The notes under the pieces: generated by a model | Databases searched by the model: none | Told to the model about the DNA's origin: nothing | Seen by the model: only the letters and a program-made list of their open reading frames with translations | Origin: Eledone cirrhosa | Lineage: Eukaryota | DNA length: 64,000 nucleotides | Direction of reading: 5' to 3' | Assembly: GCA_964016885.1 (NCBI GenBank) | Contig: OZ024741.1 | Span: 347,944,001-348,008,000 of the forward strand | Translations under genes and position numbers: made by a program | Shown: positions 1-14,967 of the stretch, piece after piece | How the letters are laid out: each line of letters begins with the position of its first letter | Numbering within the stretch: position 1 is the stretch's first letter

Positions 1-1559
1 GCATCATGCTAATATGTAATTAAGGGCAGACGCACACTTAATAAACAATTATCTGTCTACAACAAACGCTTGGAACTAACAATATTGAAATTAGTTCTTT
101 ACTGTTTGCAGCAGCGGGATGTCATCTCCTCTACTCCGTTACTAAGAAGCAACTAACAACGTACATATTATCTATTGCTTTTAAACATTAATTGAATAAA
201 TTCCTGATAATTGAACATTGTGTTTAATGTCAGAATTTTAACAATTCTTTGCAAATATATTTCCATAAAGCTGTTGTATATCAGGTGATTGCAATGACCT
301 CTCCTCATAATTTTATCTGATTCTGTCGTGGTCGTGTCTTGGGGGCTTCAATTAATCCTGATCAAATTTCCAAAGAGAAAATCTAATGTAATTAATTAAT
401 TCTAATAGACTTATCTGTTTACATTAGGTTTCATTATGAAATATAGATAACAATATGATCCTATCGTGATACGATGCATTGAATTGTGTATCAATAGAGG
501 TTGCTTTGATATTGTGAAAGGAAACGATTCCGCAGAATATATTCCGAGATAAAATATTTTGATAGCATTTTCTTTTAGATATTATATAATTATATTTTGA
601 TATATTTAATCTTTAACTATATAGTTTCTTTTTTTTCTATTTCAGTTGAATATATCGTAAACAAATCCATCCTATATTTGTATTTGTGATTTACTATATT
701 TCGCCTTACTTTATTCACTATCTGCTTTGAAGTATGGGAAGCTTTGTGTTGTTGCCGCAAACTAGAATCAATTGCTTGTTTACTAGTGAAAAAAATGTGA
801 AGAAACCCTGCTGAATGATAGTAAATGCCTCGACTCCAAAGAAGGGTGTTCATACAAGTTTTACCTCTTAGCAATAGCATTTACATTCCCTTCAAATCAC
901 ATACGGTTTGCATCAAATTTGATAAAACATGAATTTAATCTTATGATTTTGAATGAAACACTACAAAATGTAATCCTAGATATGGTATGGTTGAGGTGAT
1001 GTTAGCGTCGGGAATGTCTTTGCTCTCGGATGATCTGCAGCTAATTAAAATCAGAAAAGAAGATGTAAAGCCAGTGATGTTAAATATGTATATTTAATGA
1101 AAATATAATGTCATTATCGTAGAATTCATGTTAGGCGTTCAAGAAATTGCATCATGTCATGTTTTGTGGTGTTTACATTTGTTTTGAAATCAAATTTCTT
1201 TGTGCCTATAAAATTAACTCAATTATGCTCGCTTAATTCCAGTATATCACTTCAGAGTTTTCAGGAGTCTTTCTAGAAAGGATAATCATTACATTTATCA
1301 TCTTAGTCATCATGAACACCATCCTCATCGTTTAGAGCGGCTACAAGATGTACATGTCTCCGGGTCATTCTACATCGGCAGTCGGAGTCATTGCGTTGTT
1401 TACGAAAAGTATGGATTTCGTGATAAACACTCTTAACAAAATGGCGAGACCTTCAGACAATTTCCCGTCTTGGCCCAAATAACTTCGGTATTAAACAGAT
1501 TTCATCAGGTGTCAGGAGGAGTTTCCATCAACGTTATGTAATTTAATGCTGGGTCGATA

Positions 1560-2060
1560 GCAGGAAGGCATTCTGTAATCAAGAGCGGGGAGGTAAGCGA
1601 AAAGCCAAACAGGTTATCTTCATTTTTCGTGACAACATTTACCTATAGTCATGAATCTTGGGTAATGACCGAAAGAATACGATTGTGAAAAAAACCGGTC
1701 GAAAAGTAATTCCTCCAAAGGGACTTTGGAGTAAAGTTACTCGATAAAATGCGTGGCTTGGATATCTGAGATCCACTCTAAATCGAGCGGATACTTCTCT
1801 GAATAGAGAGATCCCTGCTCCGATACTGTGGGCCTATCGCTAGAATATGTCAGAAAATAATTTCTGGACAGTTTTACGAGCAAAGCCAACCGGCAGGAGA
1901 CCCAGGGGTAGACCCCAACGAAGATAGCTGGATAACATCCATGGGCTTGTCTGGTCTGACTTGGGGATCCAGCCGGATCTGTTAGAGATGGTTGCTTCAT
2001 ACTGTACCCACTGGAAGGAGTGTTTGGCGTCACTGCCCTCATGGCGCTTCTAGCATTAAG
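1560..2060 (+). mobile_element. RTE-clade LINE, degenerate 3' fragment (C-terminal RT region)
   Basis: Manual translation gives frameshifted RTE C-terminal motifs: TYSHESWVMTERIR, LLDKMRGLDI, IERSLLRY.G...R, RAKPTGRRPRGRPQR. It runs directly into a (GAA)n tail. Confidence 0.75.
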
Positions 2061-2251
2061 TAGAAGAAGAAAAAGAAGGAGAAGAAGAAGAAGAAGAAGA
2101 AGAAGAAGAAGAAGAAGAAGAAGAAGAAGAAGAAGAAGAAGAAGAAAGAAGAAGAAGAAGAAGAAGAAGAAGAAGAAGAAGAAGAAGAAGAAGAAGAAGA
2201 AGAAGAAGAAGAAGAAGAAGAAGAAGAAGAAGAAGAAGAAGAAGAAGAAGA
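2061..2251 (+). repeat. (GAA)n microsatellite, probably the expanded 3' tail of the RTE fragment
   Basis: About 190 bp of near-perfect gaa repeats starting immediately after the LINE end. Confidence 0.95.
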
Positions 2252-2835
2252 ATGGCATAATATATGCACGCTGGTACTGGATGCAGTTAGTCGATAGATA
2301 TATGGTGCAAAAGCAGCGTAGACTAGGAAACGTTTCCAAATCTTTGAAAGTTACTGACTGCATTTCCTCAAAATAATGTGTATTCCAACTAACCAGGTAA
2401 TCAAGGTTGTATATTGATAGAAGATTCACTCAGTTAGCCGATAGAAATGGTGTAGATTGACCACAATTTAACGTTTTCACATATACCGACCCCGAATAAG
2501 ATTAATAGGTAATGATCCGTTTACCGGATGTTGAATGTATCGTTCCTCATGCTCAGTGCTCACAGATCCATTTCTAGGAATTTAGTTAAATAGTCATTGA
2601 GGTGTGGTAGCGTTAATTGCTATCAACAAATGAAGCTTCAACATGAAAAAAGCGTTCCATTCATAATTAATATATTTCAGTAACGGTCTAGCAATGGGGA
2701 AATTAGGATTAGAGGGAGGAATGACTTGAAACATAAAAAAGGCATTTATAAAAGACATTGTAAAAGATGTTTTACATGCACGATTAACCACTCTGAAAAT
2801 TTATACATTTGCATTCATACATTGATATATACAAG

Positions 2836-3010
2836 CGGGGGTTTGGCAGAACAGGTAGAGCGTCAGACACTATACTTTGCAGCATAGAGTTATCGCCCTT
2901 TGTGTTCTGAGTTCAAATCCGCCAATTTACATTTCATCCTTACGGAGTCGATAAAATAAAGTACCAGAGATGCACTGGGGAAATCGCTGGCCTTTTGCCA
3001 AAAGTTGAAT
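2836..3010 (+). mobile_element. tRNA-derived SINE, family A (diverged copy)
   Basis: A-box-like tggcagaacagg, B-box gagttcaaatcc, and core tttcatccttacggagtcgataaaataaagtaccag shared with about 10 other copies in the window. Confidence 0.85.
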
Positions 3011-3027
3011 CTATATTTATATATACA

Positions 3028-3095
<68 letters not shown>

Positions 3096-3559
3096 TGTAT
3101 ATATATATATATATATTTCCAGGGGCTATCACTGGCTATTATGATTCATGAGATGTTTTTTCTAGATAAATTGTAGTATCATACATTTTAAAATCTCTAT
3201 AACTGTTACAATAAGCAACGTTTTTCTTACTCACACATTCTCTATTGAATTTATTACGTTTTCGCATTTTCTCATAATTAGGGTATAAATATTACATTTC
3301 CTCTTAGGTTAATCACTACCTTGATTAAATCTTAACCATTTAACATCTCAGGGTATGTCATGTATCATTATATTTTGTCTGATGAGCACATCCGAAATAT
3401 GTATAATAAAATGTAATTGATCAAAAGAACATCTATTTTATTAATATTTGTATTTTAATATTAATAACTCCGGAAAATTATTTTACGTTGAGTGCTTCCA
3501 ATCTACTGTAAAACTCATTCTTTGACATACTCATTGAATATTGTTTAACACTTTAATAT

Positions 3560-5640
3560 ATATATATATAACATCGTCAGTGGTGCTATTATGTTTCCTC
3601 CTGTTGCATTGTATGTCTACGCTATTATTATTTAATATATATATGAAAATAGTGAGAAAAAGACGATTATTAGGAAGGAAAATAATTTGTTTTCCTTTTT
3701 CTTTTTTTTTCTTTTTTCTGGGTTTGAAAATGTTTAAATCAATATATTTTACCTTGTGTGAAGTGTTAAGGTATTAGTTAATTTATTTATTAATTAACGA
3801 TGCCATTTATTTATTTATTTATATATTTAATAATTGTCTATTACCGGTTTCAGCATTTTATGCATTGTCAAAGGGGGGAATATATATCAGTGTAAAATGT
3901 TGGTGATGTTGATCATGTTAAGGAAATGGAGAAGAAAGAATGTTATTTACAAACAAGGTTTTTGAAGTGAAAAGAAAAAAAGAAAAAAACAAGGGGTAAT
4001 GTGGAACATCATAGCGTAGTGGAAAAGAAAAATAATATTATTTACAGGCATAGTTCTTGAGGATAAGCAGTTCAAAATGTATTATTATGGCAAGAGTGCT
4101 TAGTTGATCCATGTTAGAGGCAAATGGTAGTCTGGGGTTTGATATGATTTCCATTTTTAGAGAGTTAATATGTAGGGGGAGGTAATTCAGGGTGGTCAGG
4201 ATGAATTTGTAAATGGGGAAAAATTTTAAAGTGTGGATGTTGGTTATGTGTACAATTGGCGATATGTTCACTAAAAGGAATCTTTCTGTATTCCTATATT
4301 TTGATTTGTGATCTATGGACGGTCATACGTTGTCGGAGGCTGTTTTTTATCTGTCCTATGTAGTGCTCTTGACAACCTGAGCAGGTCAAAATATAGATTA
4401 GGTTTTCAGATGCACATGTAAAGTTGTGTTTAATTGTGAAATGTTGTCCTTCTTTAAAATGGAATGTTGAAACTTCTATTAGATTTATGCATATACCACA
4501 GTTGGGCCTTCCACGTTTTTTTACTGTAGGGTTCATTGTGAGGGTTGGTTGGATTTTGGCTTGTGTGAGGATGTTTTTTATGAATTTAGGTTGTCTTTTG
4601 CTCTTTATGATGTTGTGTGTTTGGAGGATTTTGTTCATTCTTGGGTCTCTTTTTAGTAAAAGAATGTTCTGGAGGATGGTGTCGAATGCCTCATTGTTGT
4701 TGGGGTTGTGTGTGGAGATGTATGGTAGAATTTTCTGTTGCGGTTCATTCCTGGGTTTGGGGTGTCTGAGTTTCTGGATGTTGAGTTTTAGGGCTCGTTG
4801 GAATCCATTGTTGATTAGGGATGGTGGGTAGTTTCTGCTGATAAGTGTGTTCTTTAATTATTTAAGTCGTGTGTAGCATGTGTATTTATCTGAAACTATT
4901 GTGCAGATCCTTCTGGCTAGGTTATAAGGAATTGCCATTTTGATATGGCGAGGGTGGCACGAGTTAAATGGAAGATATTGTTTGGAGTCTTTGGGTTCGT
5001 AGTATATGTCTGTTTCTATTTTGTTGTTTGTTTTCTTGATGAGGATGTCGAGGAAAGGGAGTTGTTCGTGGCTGTAATCCATTGTAAATTTAAGTTTGTG
5101 TTGACGCCATTTCGAAGGGTTTTAAACTAAATCAATATTTCTATACTTTCATGACAGAGGATGAAGCAGTCGTCAAGATATCTCTTCCAGTTTTTTTCTA
5201 TGTGTAGGTAGAGGTGGTTACCGTATTTGTCTAGAACTTTGCGGTAGAGAGTGGTTTCCAAATATCCCATGACAAGGTAGGCGTTCCCATGACAGTTCCA
5301 GATTTCTGTCTGTAGTATTTGGCATCGAATTCGAAGAAGTTGTTTTCCAAGATGAATTTGAGTCCCCCCAACACAAATTATTTAGGGATGCCCTGTGGAA
5401 GTTCACTAGGGAAATTTTCAAGCCAGAATTGTATACCTAGGTTGTGTGGGATATTGGAATAGAGATTAATGACATCACAGGTTACTAGTAGGGTAAATTC
5501 ATTATTAAGTGTTTGGGGGAGGTGGTTGAGCATGTCAAGGTCGTCCCTTATGAAGCTTTTTATGTGTTTTAGGAAATGTTTAAGCAGAATATCTAAGAAG
5601 TTGCTTAGGCGGTTGGTTTCTCATGTGGTACCTGCTATTA
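3560..5640 (-). mobile_element. Penelope-like retroelement, Neptune-type, 5'-truncated and frameshifted (RT + GIY-YIG)
   Basis: Minus strand shows WKRYLDDCF (RT), LPFLDILI and SCHPRHIKMAIPYNLARRICTIVS (thumb), a Cys linker GRPNCGIC, and GIY-YIG NLIYILTCSGCQEHYIGQ..LRQRMTVH, followed by an AT-rich 3' terminal region. Confidence 0.9.
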
Positions 5641-6083
5641 TATACGAAACATTCGGGACCCTAACGGCTGAACTACTGTCGTTTCGAATACTAGATCCCG
5701 AAGTTACTTAAGAAAGCCTCTTGACTATATTGCTTGACTAAGAATATATCCCTAGCGATAGATGTTGGTGAAGTGTACTTTTGTGATCTACCCCTTCAGT
5801 AATTTGTATAAGAAAGGTATATACATATGCAGAGCTCGATTGTTACCTGCTATATAGTGGCTACAACCTCGCTCCATCCACAATATTATATATATAATAT
5901 AGGGAGAGAGAGAGAGTGAGATAGACAGATAGATAGATATATGTATATGTATGTATATATGGGTGTGTGCGTGTGTGTGTGTATGTGTATTTATGTGTGT
6001 GTGTGTGTTTGTGTGTGTGTTTCTTGATCAAGTAAACGAATAGTCTTTTTATGGTAACATTATCTCCCTGTTTTACGTATGAT

Positions 6084-6558
6084 TATCATTAATATATATA
6101 TATATGAATAGATATAGAGATAGACATATAGATAGATAGTTAGATATAGATATATAGATATATTTAGTTATACAGATATCCGGATATACAGATAGATAGA
6201 TAGATAGAGAGAGACAAATACGTCTAAATCTTACGATTCAGTTCACCTCCCCGCCCGCCTCATTATTCCATGTTATTACATATCCTTTCAGTCATTCTAG
6301 CAATTAAAAAGAGCCATCTCCCATCCATGAGAATAAAAAAAAAGAAACGAAATGCGTTATCTTATATAAAGTTAAAGTGCAATACGAATTATTAAAAAAT
6401 ACTTGTCAAACAATTATATACATGCAATATTTTATGAAATATATGTACAAATTTCTTTAAAGATATGTGACTGAGATGGATCTTATTACAATTGTTCAAA
6501 CATAATGTCCTAACACAGACTCATAAATATATATAGACACTCTACACACGCGCACTTA

Positions 6559-6598
<40 letters not shown>

Positions 6599-7470
6599 TG
6601 TGAGTCTGTGAGATGAATGTGGCTGTTGAGCGTGGGTTTAATTGTATGAGTATGCTTATATATATATATATTTAGTTATTTATTTAGCCGTGCTTGTATG
6701 TGTGTGCGTGAGTATGAGTGATCTGTGTAGGAGTGTTTGAGTATATGTGTGGTGTGTGGTGTATACACGTACATGCATGTATTTATGTGTATGGTTGTGT
6801 GCACATTTTTTTGCGTCATTATTCTTTCATAGAAGTAAAAGAAAATGGAATATTTACAGTACGCATTCAGTCGTAAATTCAATTCTTGGATAATATTTTA
6901 TTTTTTATCTTTTCTTGAGAATCATGTTTTATACTAGGGTTATTGCGATTCATAAAGAACATTAGGATTATAATTTAGGGTTATATTTCTGGGATTTTGC
7001 TTAGTGTTCCTGTAAGAGTTTAAAGTTTTACATATTGCAGTAAATCTTTACTTTTAGGATTTGGGATGACAGTTAAACAGAGAAGATATTAAAGATATAT
7101 TGCACAAGAAATAATTTCCTGAATGTTTTTATCCTTATATTTTACTTCTTTTTTCTTCTCGTAGAACCGCGTTCACGAAAGTTTAAAGTAAATATTTGAA
7201 GAGATATTTTTAAAAAATTCAAAAGATTTAAGCGAACGATTTCGTTCCACTTGCATCAATATTTTATATCGAAATACATATACAGTTAATATATGTTGTA
7301 TACATAGTTAAAAAATATTTTGATTGGAATATCAGGAAAGGAATGATTTTTATAAATAATTGCTGAAAAGAAATTGAATATTTAATATATAAAAGAAAGA
7401 ACTGTATATTGCTATTATAAATGCCATTATTAGTGTGAAATAAATTTATACAGAATCTGTATGAATATCA

Positions 7471-7538
<68 letters not shown>

Positions 7539-7751
7539 TAGATGTAGAGATAGACATATAGATAGACAGTTAGATATAGATATATAGATATATTTAGTTA
7601 TACAGATATCCGGATATACAGATAGATAGATAGAGAGAGACAAATACGTCTAAATCTTACGATTCAGTTCACCTCCCCGCCCGCCTCGTTATTCCATGTT
7701 ATTACATATCCTTTCAGTCATTCTAGCAATTAAAAAGAGCCATCTCCCATC
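6084..7751. repeat. Direct duplication of ~240 bp (6084-6325 and 7466-7751)
   Basis: Near-identical blocks from tatcattaat(at)n gaatagat through cacctccccgcccgcc to gagccatctcccatc. They differ mainly in TA-tract length. Confidence 0.9.
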
Positions 7752-10321
7752 TTGTCAGCTGGATGAACGCCAGAATCGAGATCTTAGTATTACGAAGTAT
7801 TGAAGCATTATGTACAATGCAGTAAATAAATCATGTCACGTGTACTAGTTAATTGTTCTATCATGTGTACAACCAAACAATTATGTTTGTTTCACTGTGT
7901 ATTCATTTGGTCTTTAACAGTTTTCATTTCATTGAAATAAAGAAATACCTGGACACCGAGTTCACATATTTAGTTTAGTCAATATTATAATCCCAGTGTT
8001 TTCTGTATAATCGATTATACCTTTACTCTATTCGTCGTATTTCTCTGGAGATCTTTTCTTAAAAATATCTTACAGCATTACCGACATATCAGTTCCGTAG
8101 AGCATGTAAAATATTCGGTGTATACATTTCAATTAAAAGTTTACAGTTGTGCAAAGATGTACCTATATATGTTATAAATGTAATTACTACTCTACCTGTC
8201 AGGTACACATGTTAAAATATTCAGAACTAGAATAGCAACATGTAATAATATTTGATTATCAATCAATAAAATATAGTTGGAAATTTCAAACCGTAAAATT
8301 TGGAGAAAATAGTGATTATATAATTCGAACTTCCCATCCTTATATTGATTACTTATTTGTACAAGGATGGATATTAATTAATTGAATCGATTCCAATATA
8401 CACAAGCTTTCCATATGTTATTGACAAAATGGAGAAAAATTCAATAACAGCAAAAATGTTCCGAAGAGCGTTAAAGAATTTAGCCACATTCAAACTAGGT
8501 GACCACTACGTGGTCGCTCAACATGCGCGAGAGAGTAAAAGTATGAGCCTTAAATCCAAACTTACTAGGATTGTAAATAGAAGGAAACATTGGTTAATAT
8601 ATTCTAAACAACATTCTACATGAAATAAGTAATATGTTTTTAAGCAACAGTTAAACGTCAAGAAAAAAAAGACAACTATAGCAAAGCTATAGGATGGCTA
8701 GTCATGTTGTCCGGAGCTCTAAGTATCTTTTGCATGTAATGCACACTTTGACTATAATATGAAATTAATTAATCTAAAATAAGTTAGAGAGTTATATGGT
8801 ACTATAACACGCCAACAGGTGTACATTGATATAATAGGTTGAGCTATAATAAAGAGCCAAAATGTTCAACTCCAATTATTAGTAGCATTTTGAAAGCTAA
8901 CGGATACAAATCCTCCTACATATTGTGAGAAAAATGCAAAGCCAGTGATAGTAAGAGCTGGGCATTATTACAAATCAGTGTAGGGGACAATAGCAGTGGC
9001 AACAGCAACAACAACAGCTGAAACAGCATATGAGGTCTCAGCACCAGCAACACAACCAGCGATATCATCAAGACCAACGACATTCATATTCACATAAACA
9101 ACAACAAAAGCAAACCCAATGGTTCCTCTCAACATAGCCCTCGCCCTCTCACCCTATCTACACTTCCAAGCACAAACACGTACATCCAAACATAACTGTA
9201 ACCTCATTCTCAACAAATATTTCCGATGGGAAATTCCCTTGTTGTGGTGTGGAGAGGGACACCAACAATATTACATAGATAAATAAAATAATCAAAAGAT
9301 ATAAACATAAATTTCTGGTAAACAGACACACTCACGCCCACATCATCAAATACATAGTAATGCAAATATAGGAAATATATGCAACAGTACACTAATTACA
9401 TACACAAACAACAAATGGTAAAACATACAAGTACAACACCAGCAACAGAAATAACGACAATTGTCATACTAATGAGAAATACACAACAAAGAAGACTCTT
9501 CTGAAAACAAAGAGTATACTGTACTTGAACAGTGCCAAAGGTTCGGCTTTGGGGCTACTGAACCTCTATGATCTGACAAGTTTAAGAGCGGCTGTATTTC
9601 TACAGCCGTCTGGAATGTCCTGCACATCTTGTATTGTAAGAGGAAGCATGAAATGGCATAGTGAACTGACAAACAGACGGTAGGATCTAGCCGATAGAAC
9701 ATGTGTTGCAGAATCATCAGTAACCTAGAAATACGTTTCAAATTCTATGTGAGATGTAGTCTAGATTTCGTGAATACGTCAGCTTGGGCATTGAGCAATT
9801 ACATAGTTCTAGATATACTGGAGTTAGATAGGGTCATATTTTTTTTTCTTTTTGTATTGCACGCACAGAGCACACATTTTTCTTTGCACATTCAAATTAC
9901 TTATAACTTGTGTACAAGAAACCGTCTACTGGACGTTGAACGCGTTGGTTCCGGCTCATAAATGCTACTACGCCCGGATTAGCGTGTTAGATAAGCTCCA
10001 GTTGGCATTGACAATCATAAAGAACAGCAGTAATTATATAAAGACGATGATCAATCTATACACGACAGTGTTTAGTAAATATGTTGCGATTGAATAAACA
10101 GAATAAATAATCCATTAGCAAAGAAACAGCGCTAGCTGTGAGAATGACACTCGAGCATTTCTGCAACACAAAACATGAATGTTACGTTGTCAGAAGTAAG
10201 GCACAGGCATCCAAGATGCGTCTGTGGTACTGAAACGCAGCGTTGCACAGCAAAAACCAATCAATAATTTACAGAACGTTGCTTCTCGATTCTAAGCATT
10301 TAACATTATTTACCTATTCAG

Positions 10322-10634
10322 ATCCCGCTGAGGTTGACTTTGCCTTTCATCCTTACGGGGTCGATAAAATAAAGTACCAGTAATGCACTGGGTACTTGCT
10401 GGCCTTGTGCCTAAAGTAGAAACAATTATTTACCTATTCAGAGGGCGGTGGATTGGCAGTATCGGTAGAGGGTCGGACGCCATGCTTTCCAGCATAGTTA
10501 CGTCCCTGTACGATGTGAGTTCAAATCCCGCCGGGGTTGAATTTGCATTTCATCCTTACGGGGTCGATAAAATAAAGTACCAGTAATGCACTGGGTAATT
10601 TCTGGCCTTGTGCCTAAAGTAGAAACAATTATTT
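10322..10634 (+). mobile_element. Two tandem family A SINEs (5'-truncated 10322-10430; full 10443-10634)
   Basis: Both carry the family core. The target sequence attatttacctattcaga occurs before, between and after them. Confidence 0.9.
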
Positions 10635-13600
10635 ACCTATTCAGAACAAGTGATGGGACGGATATTGTTGTTCACGAGCATTACACAGATATGTCAGATC
10701 CAGTGGCTGATTATTTGGCAACCATCTATAAGTAAGTACTGTAGAACAAATTAATCCTGGGAATGATAACTATGCTGGGGAATGGCTCGAAGGAGGACGA
10801 GAAGATTATAAATCTCCGTAGGATTATTTGAACAACAGTTCATCAGAAATTATTTGTACCACCGATACCATGTATAATGTTTCCCTGTTTTAGTCACTGA
10901 GGCGGTAGAACAGAATGGATCAATATTCCCAAACAATACAGAATCAACATATGGATAATAGAGTGGCTGGCGAAGATCAAATAAAAAGAAATAGGATCCT
11001 TTAGATTATGAGGTAAAGAGCATGTCGAGGCCCAATGTGCCCGTTGTTCTTCTAAGGAGGATAGAATAAAATGCTTGATTTGAAATATTAATTACTCTTA
11101 ATGTAAACAAACTGCTGGATTGTAAGAAGTTCGGTGAGAAGTTTTGCAGGATATTTTCCTATACTTTGCGTTCTAAAATGAAATATCCCCGGTGTTAATT
11201 TGGAATTTCAATCTTCTACATTTGATATAATAAAGTACCAGAGAAATTATTGAGCTTGAATTCATCGGCATTTGCATCCTCTCAAAACTTGAGGACTTCT
11301 TCCTAAATTTAGAAACCATTTTATCATTGGTCATATTTTTGCTGCTGCGTTTACCAGTGTTTTTGTTGTTATTTCAGATCTAAATTTATTGTTAAAATAG
11401 CCATTCCGTAAGATAACAAGGATTTTAAATGAATTTCTCCAATGAAGGCTGGAAATTTATCGTAATATTTGTTTGAAGCATTCCCGGATAAAAATTAGGT
11501 TTAATATCCAACCTAATTAAAGAAATAACAGCTAGCTCACCCTGACGTCTGCAGCCAGAGGACTAAACAAATCATAAAAAGGTCAGCCAGTTTGTCTTTT
11601 CACGACTGCTGAGTGCTGGAAGGCAATGAAAGCACAGTTCTTTTAGTGGTAGTATTAAAGCTTCCATTTCCATTGAAAATGTTGATTGGCATAACGAAAA
11701 ATGAATATTTGCGATTAATTTTCAAAGAAATAAAGTAACACAGTTGCATGTGCCAACTTTGACAAAAGTATAAGCGTCATATTGCAACATACTTGGACGA
11801 GCTAAATCTGCGCTGGTATAAACAGCAATACCAAAGAAGGAAATAACAAGAAATTCATCAGCGCCTTCAATAGCAAACACAGGAATACGCACATAGCAAT
11901 GGAAGTGAGAAATATATAAAAGAAAATGTTAACACCTGCAAGTCCAACAGCAAAATGTTAGAAATTTCAGCGAAAAACGAACAAAACAAGTGACAGTAGC
12001 AGCACTAGCAATACGAAAAAAAATTCAGAAAAAACGACAAAATTGGTGAGAAAAAGGATATGAGCAGAGAGGAAAATATTACCAAGCAAAAACAACAAAT
12101 ATCCATGTAACACCTAAAAGCGTAATTCAGTTTCTAGGATTTAACACATGTTTCATAAAAAAAACAAATAAAGAGAAAAATCAAATGCATACGTGCATAA
12201 AGACAAATCGGTTGATATTGTTTTCCGAGGAAAGGTTGAACTTTTCCTATAAACAAAAATTGAATAATTTCTGGAATATTTTCTGCTGTACACGAATAAA
12301 ATAGGCTTTGAAAACGTGTACCGCAAAAGGCCGAAGGAAAATGGAATGCCGTTCTACGTAAAAAAAACAACAAAGGAATAAATCTCCTCCATAGTTCATG
12401 TGACAGAGAGCATAAGTTCTGTCAGTCTACTATGTTGTGCTCTCATGAGAAATATCTGGCATACATATATCTATGACAAACGATCCTTTGCAGGTTTTGA
12501 TATGATCAATTGCAATACATACTAAATCCAAGACTGGGTCGGGTACCTTCCCAAATCTGATTCAAACTTGATCTTTAAGCTGGGAAGGATTTCTCATGCA
12601 TAGAATAATTGAATTGCTCTAGCATATTCCTGGTGGAAGTTATTAGCTTTTGTACAAGACAGAAAAACATGCCAAATTTGGCACCAAGGGGCGTCTCACC
12701 GCAACTGATTGCTGAATATTCTGAAGTCATTGTGGTTCAATAGAAACATTTTTGAACTAGGAAACGAAGGTTGTACTAGTGATCAGTTTTAAGTGACGGG
12801 TAATGCGTTTTATGAATAACCTAATAAATTAATCATATCAATTTGTCATAGTAGCCTCAAATCAGATTAAGAAGCATTCGTAGGATTAGAAAAATATGAC
12901 TCGCCATGATCGAAAGTTGTACATAGCAAACAGTAGACTACATCAACATGAAAATAACGTTTGACAAACTAAATTGATGTTATATCGATATTTATTGTTG
13001 AATATGATTATTACAGTCACGTTGATTTGAATAATTTTCGATGTTATGCAAATGGAAAAGAAATTCATGTACTAGACAAGCATATTCAATGCAACGAGAT
13101 TTATTGTTCCATAAGGCATTTAAAACAAACATTTTGAGCATTTATTCTACGACTCGTTTAACGTTGTCATCTTTAGTATATCACCTGCTGTGAAATCATT
13201 CAACGGAGGTGGGTGAGGCAATTTATTTTTATTCTTATATTTGGTCTTGAAGAACTATAGGGCACATATTCAGTATTTCAAAAGGATATACCTCCAGCCA
13301 ATGAATTTTGATGAGTACAAATCAGGATCCAGAATCACTGATCATGGTATGTAATTAAAACGTGAATCTGAGATTCGATTTCATGGTTCTCACATTCGAT
13401 GATATATCAAGACATCACTTTAAATGACTGAATTGGATGCAGAGTAAAGCAAGGATTAAGTCCATCACACAATATCAATTACTGTCACAAGCAGTTATAA
13501 ACGCGGAAATGTTGCACATGCGTGTGAATTAATTAAGAACTAAACGCATAAGACGTACAAGAAAGGCATGGATATCTAACACTTCATATACCTAAAGCAA

Positions 13601-14967
13601 AGATGTCTGAACCACCTCAACCCCCAAGTATATCACTCCAACATTTATAAACCATCCCAAATATGTGTAAGCAGGACACCATTACTGTCTCAATGAGCTA
13701 CAGTTCTCATATAATCGTCATATCAAATACCACAAATCTATGGATCATACATATTCACAAGAGGAAGCATCTAACTGCATCCATGTACAATAATTAAACA
13801 ATCTACATCGTGAAATTATAAATTGGTATATTCGAGTGATACTGAGTCCAATTCTCCTTGGCGGTTACTGGTAAAGATTTTCCGTTTATAAAGATATTTT
13901 ATCAGATATACAAAGGAAATACTTTTATCGATCCATTTTCATTACAGTAATTCTCTGAGTTTCGGTCTCAAGTCGTCATATTCAAAATGAACCAGCGCTT
14001 CAATAGTTCATATTATCATTATTGCATAAACGTAATTTAGACAAATTTCAAATGCTACACGATTCCGAGAATTGAACAGATGCATGTTTACATGCATACA
14101 TAAGAGATATGTGTATACATGTTTACACGTTGGTGCAGTCTCGGTTAAATCCTCTGCATATATACAGAAATAACTGCTAGTGCAATTCTTACTATATGTA
14201 CTAATCAACTGACAATACCAGCGTGAATTATATGAAAATTAGTACGATCATTTCATGACCACACTGAGACCGAATTTACATATACGAGGGTCACCTGAAA
14301 TGTTCATAGGGTGAATAATTCGTAGGCTCTCCAAGTTACTCTCAAGGAATGAGCCAATGCATTTTTATTTTTTAACATAGTCCCTGGAATGAAATAATGC
14401 TGTTATTTGCAAGAATAGTTATAATCAATGCATGCAGTATTTCACAGTTCTAACGTCAATCATTTATAGGCTACCTATGAACCATTTGACCGACCCACGG
14501 CCCAGGTATATATATATATATATATAACGAAGGAGTGTGGTAAGGAACCAGATGGACCATAACGCACCAGAATACTCAATAGAGTGGGTAATAGGAAAAT
14601 GTATGATCCGGACGGCTTGAGCTCTGCCGTGACATCAGTGCTGGAACTTTTCTGTTTTCTTTTCGAACCCTCAGAGAAATGGAAAAAGATGAGTATTGTA
14701 CATGGGAGTCGAACCCACATTCTTAGCAAGTGAAAATGACAAGTAAGTATGTTTTTGAAACAGTGAGCGTGTTTGAAACAGTGAGCGTGTTTTCCATTTC
14801 TCTGAGGGTTCTGAACCCCACTATCAGGCTAAATATTACTTTAGTCAAAAATAAGGTGTTAGCTTATTTTTCTAATTTGAAACACGCTCACTGTTTCAAA
14901 AACATACTTACTTGTCATTTTCACTTGCAAAGAATGTAGATTCTAATTTGAATGGAGGGAGATGGGT

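Noticed and set aside
1737-2429. 230-aa and 118-aa ORFs with poly-F/L and poly-R/K
   Set aside because: They are translations of the (GAA)n tail, not proteins.
3377-3410. ctgatga-gcacatcc-gaaa-tatg-ta
   Set aside because: Core boxes are present but stem II is about 1 bp and stem I does not pair. It could be chance. Similar isolated CTGATGA/CTGAAGA hits at 18836, 33956, 56742 and 62555 were also dropped.
9469-10900. Moderately GC-balanced ORFs and a possible ag..gtaagt exon (~10646-10730)
   Set aside because: No recognisable protein motif or partner exons. It cannot be supported without RNA-seq or homology.
14282-14390. tacgagggtcacctgaaa.. mariner-like terminal remnant
   Set aside because: No partner TIR or transposase nearby, and too short to call.
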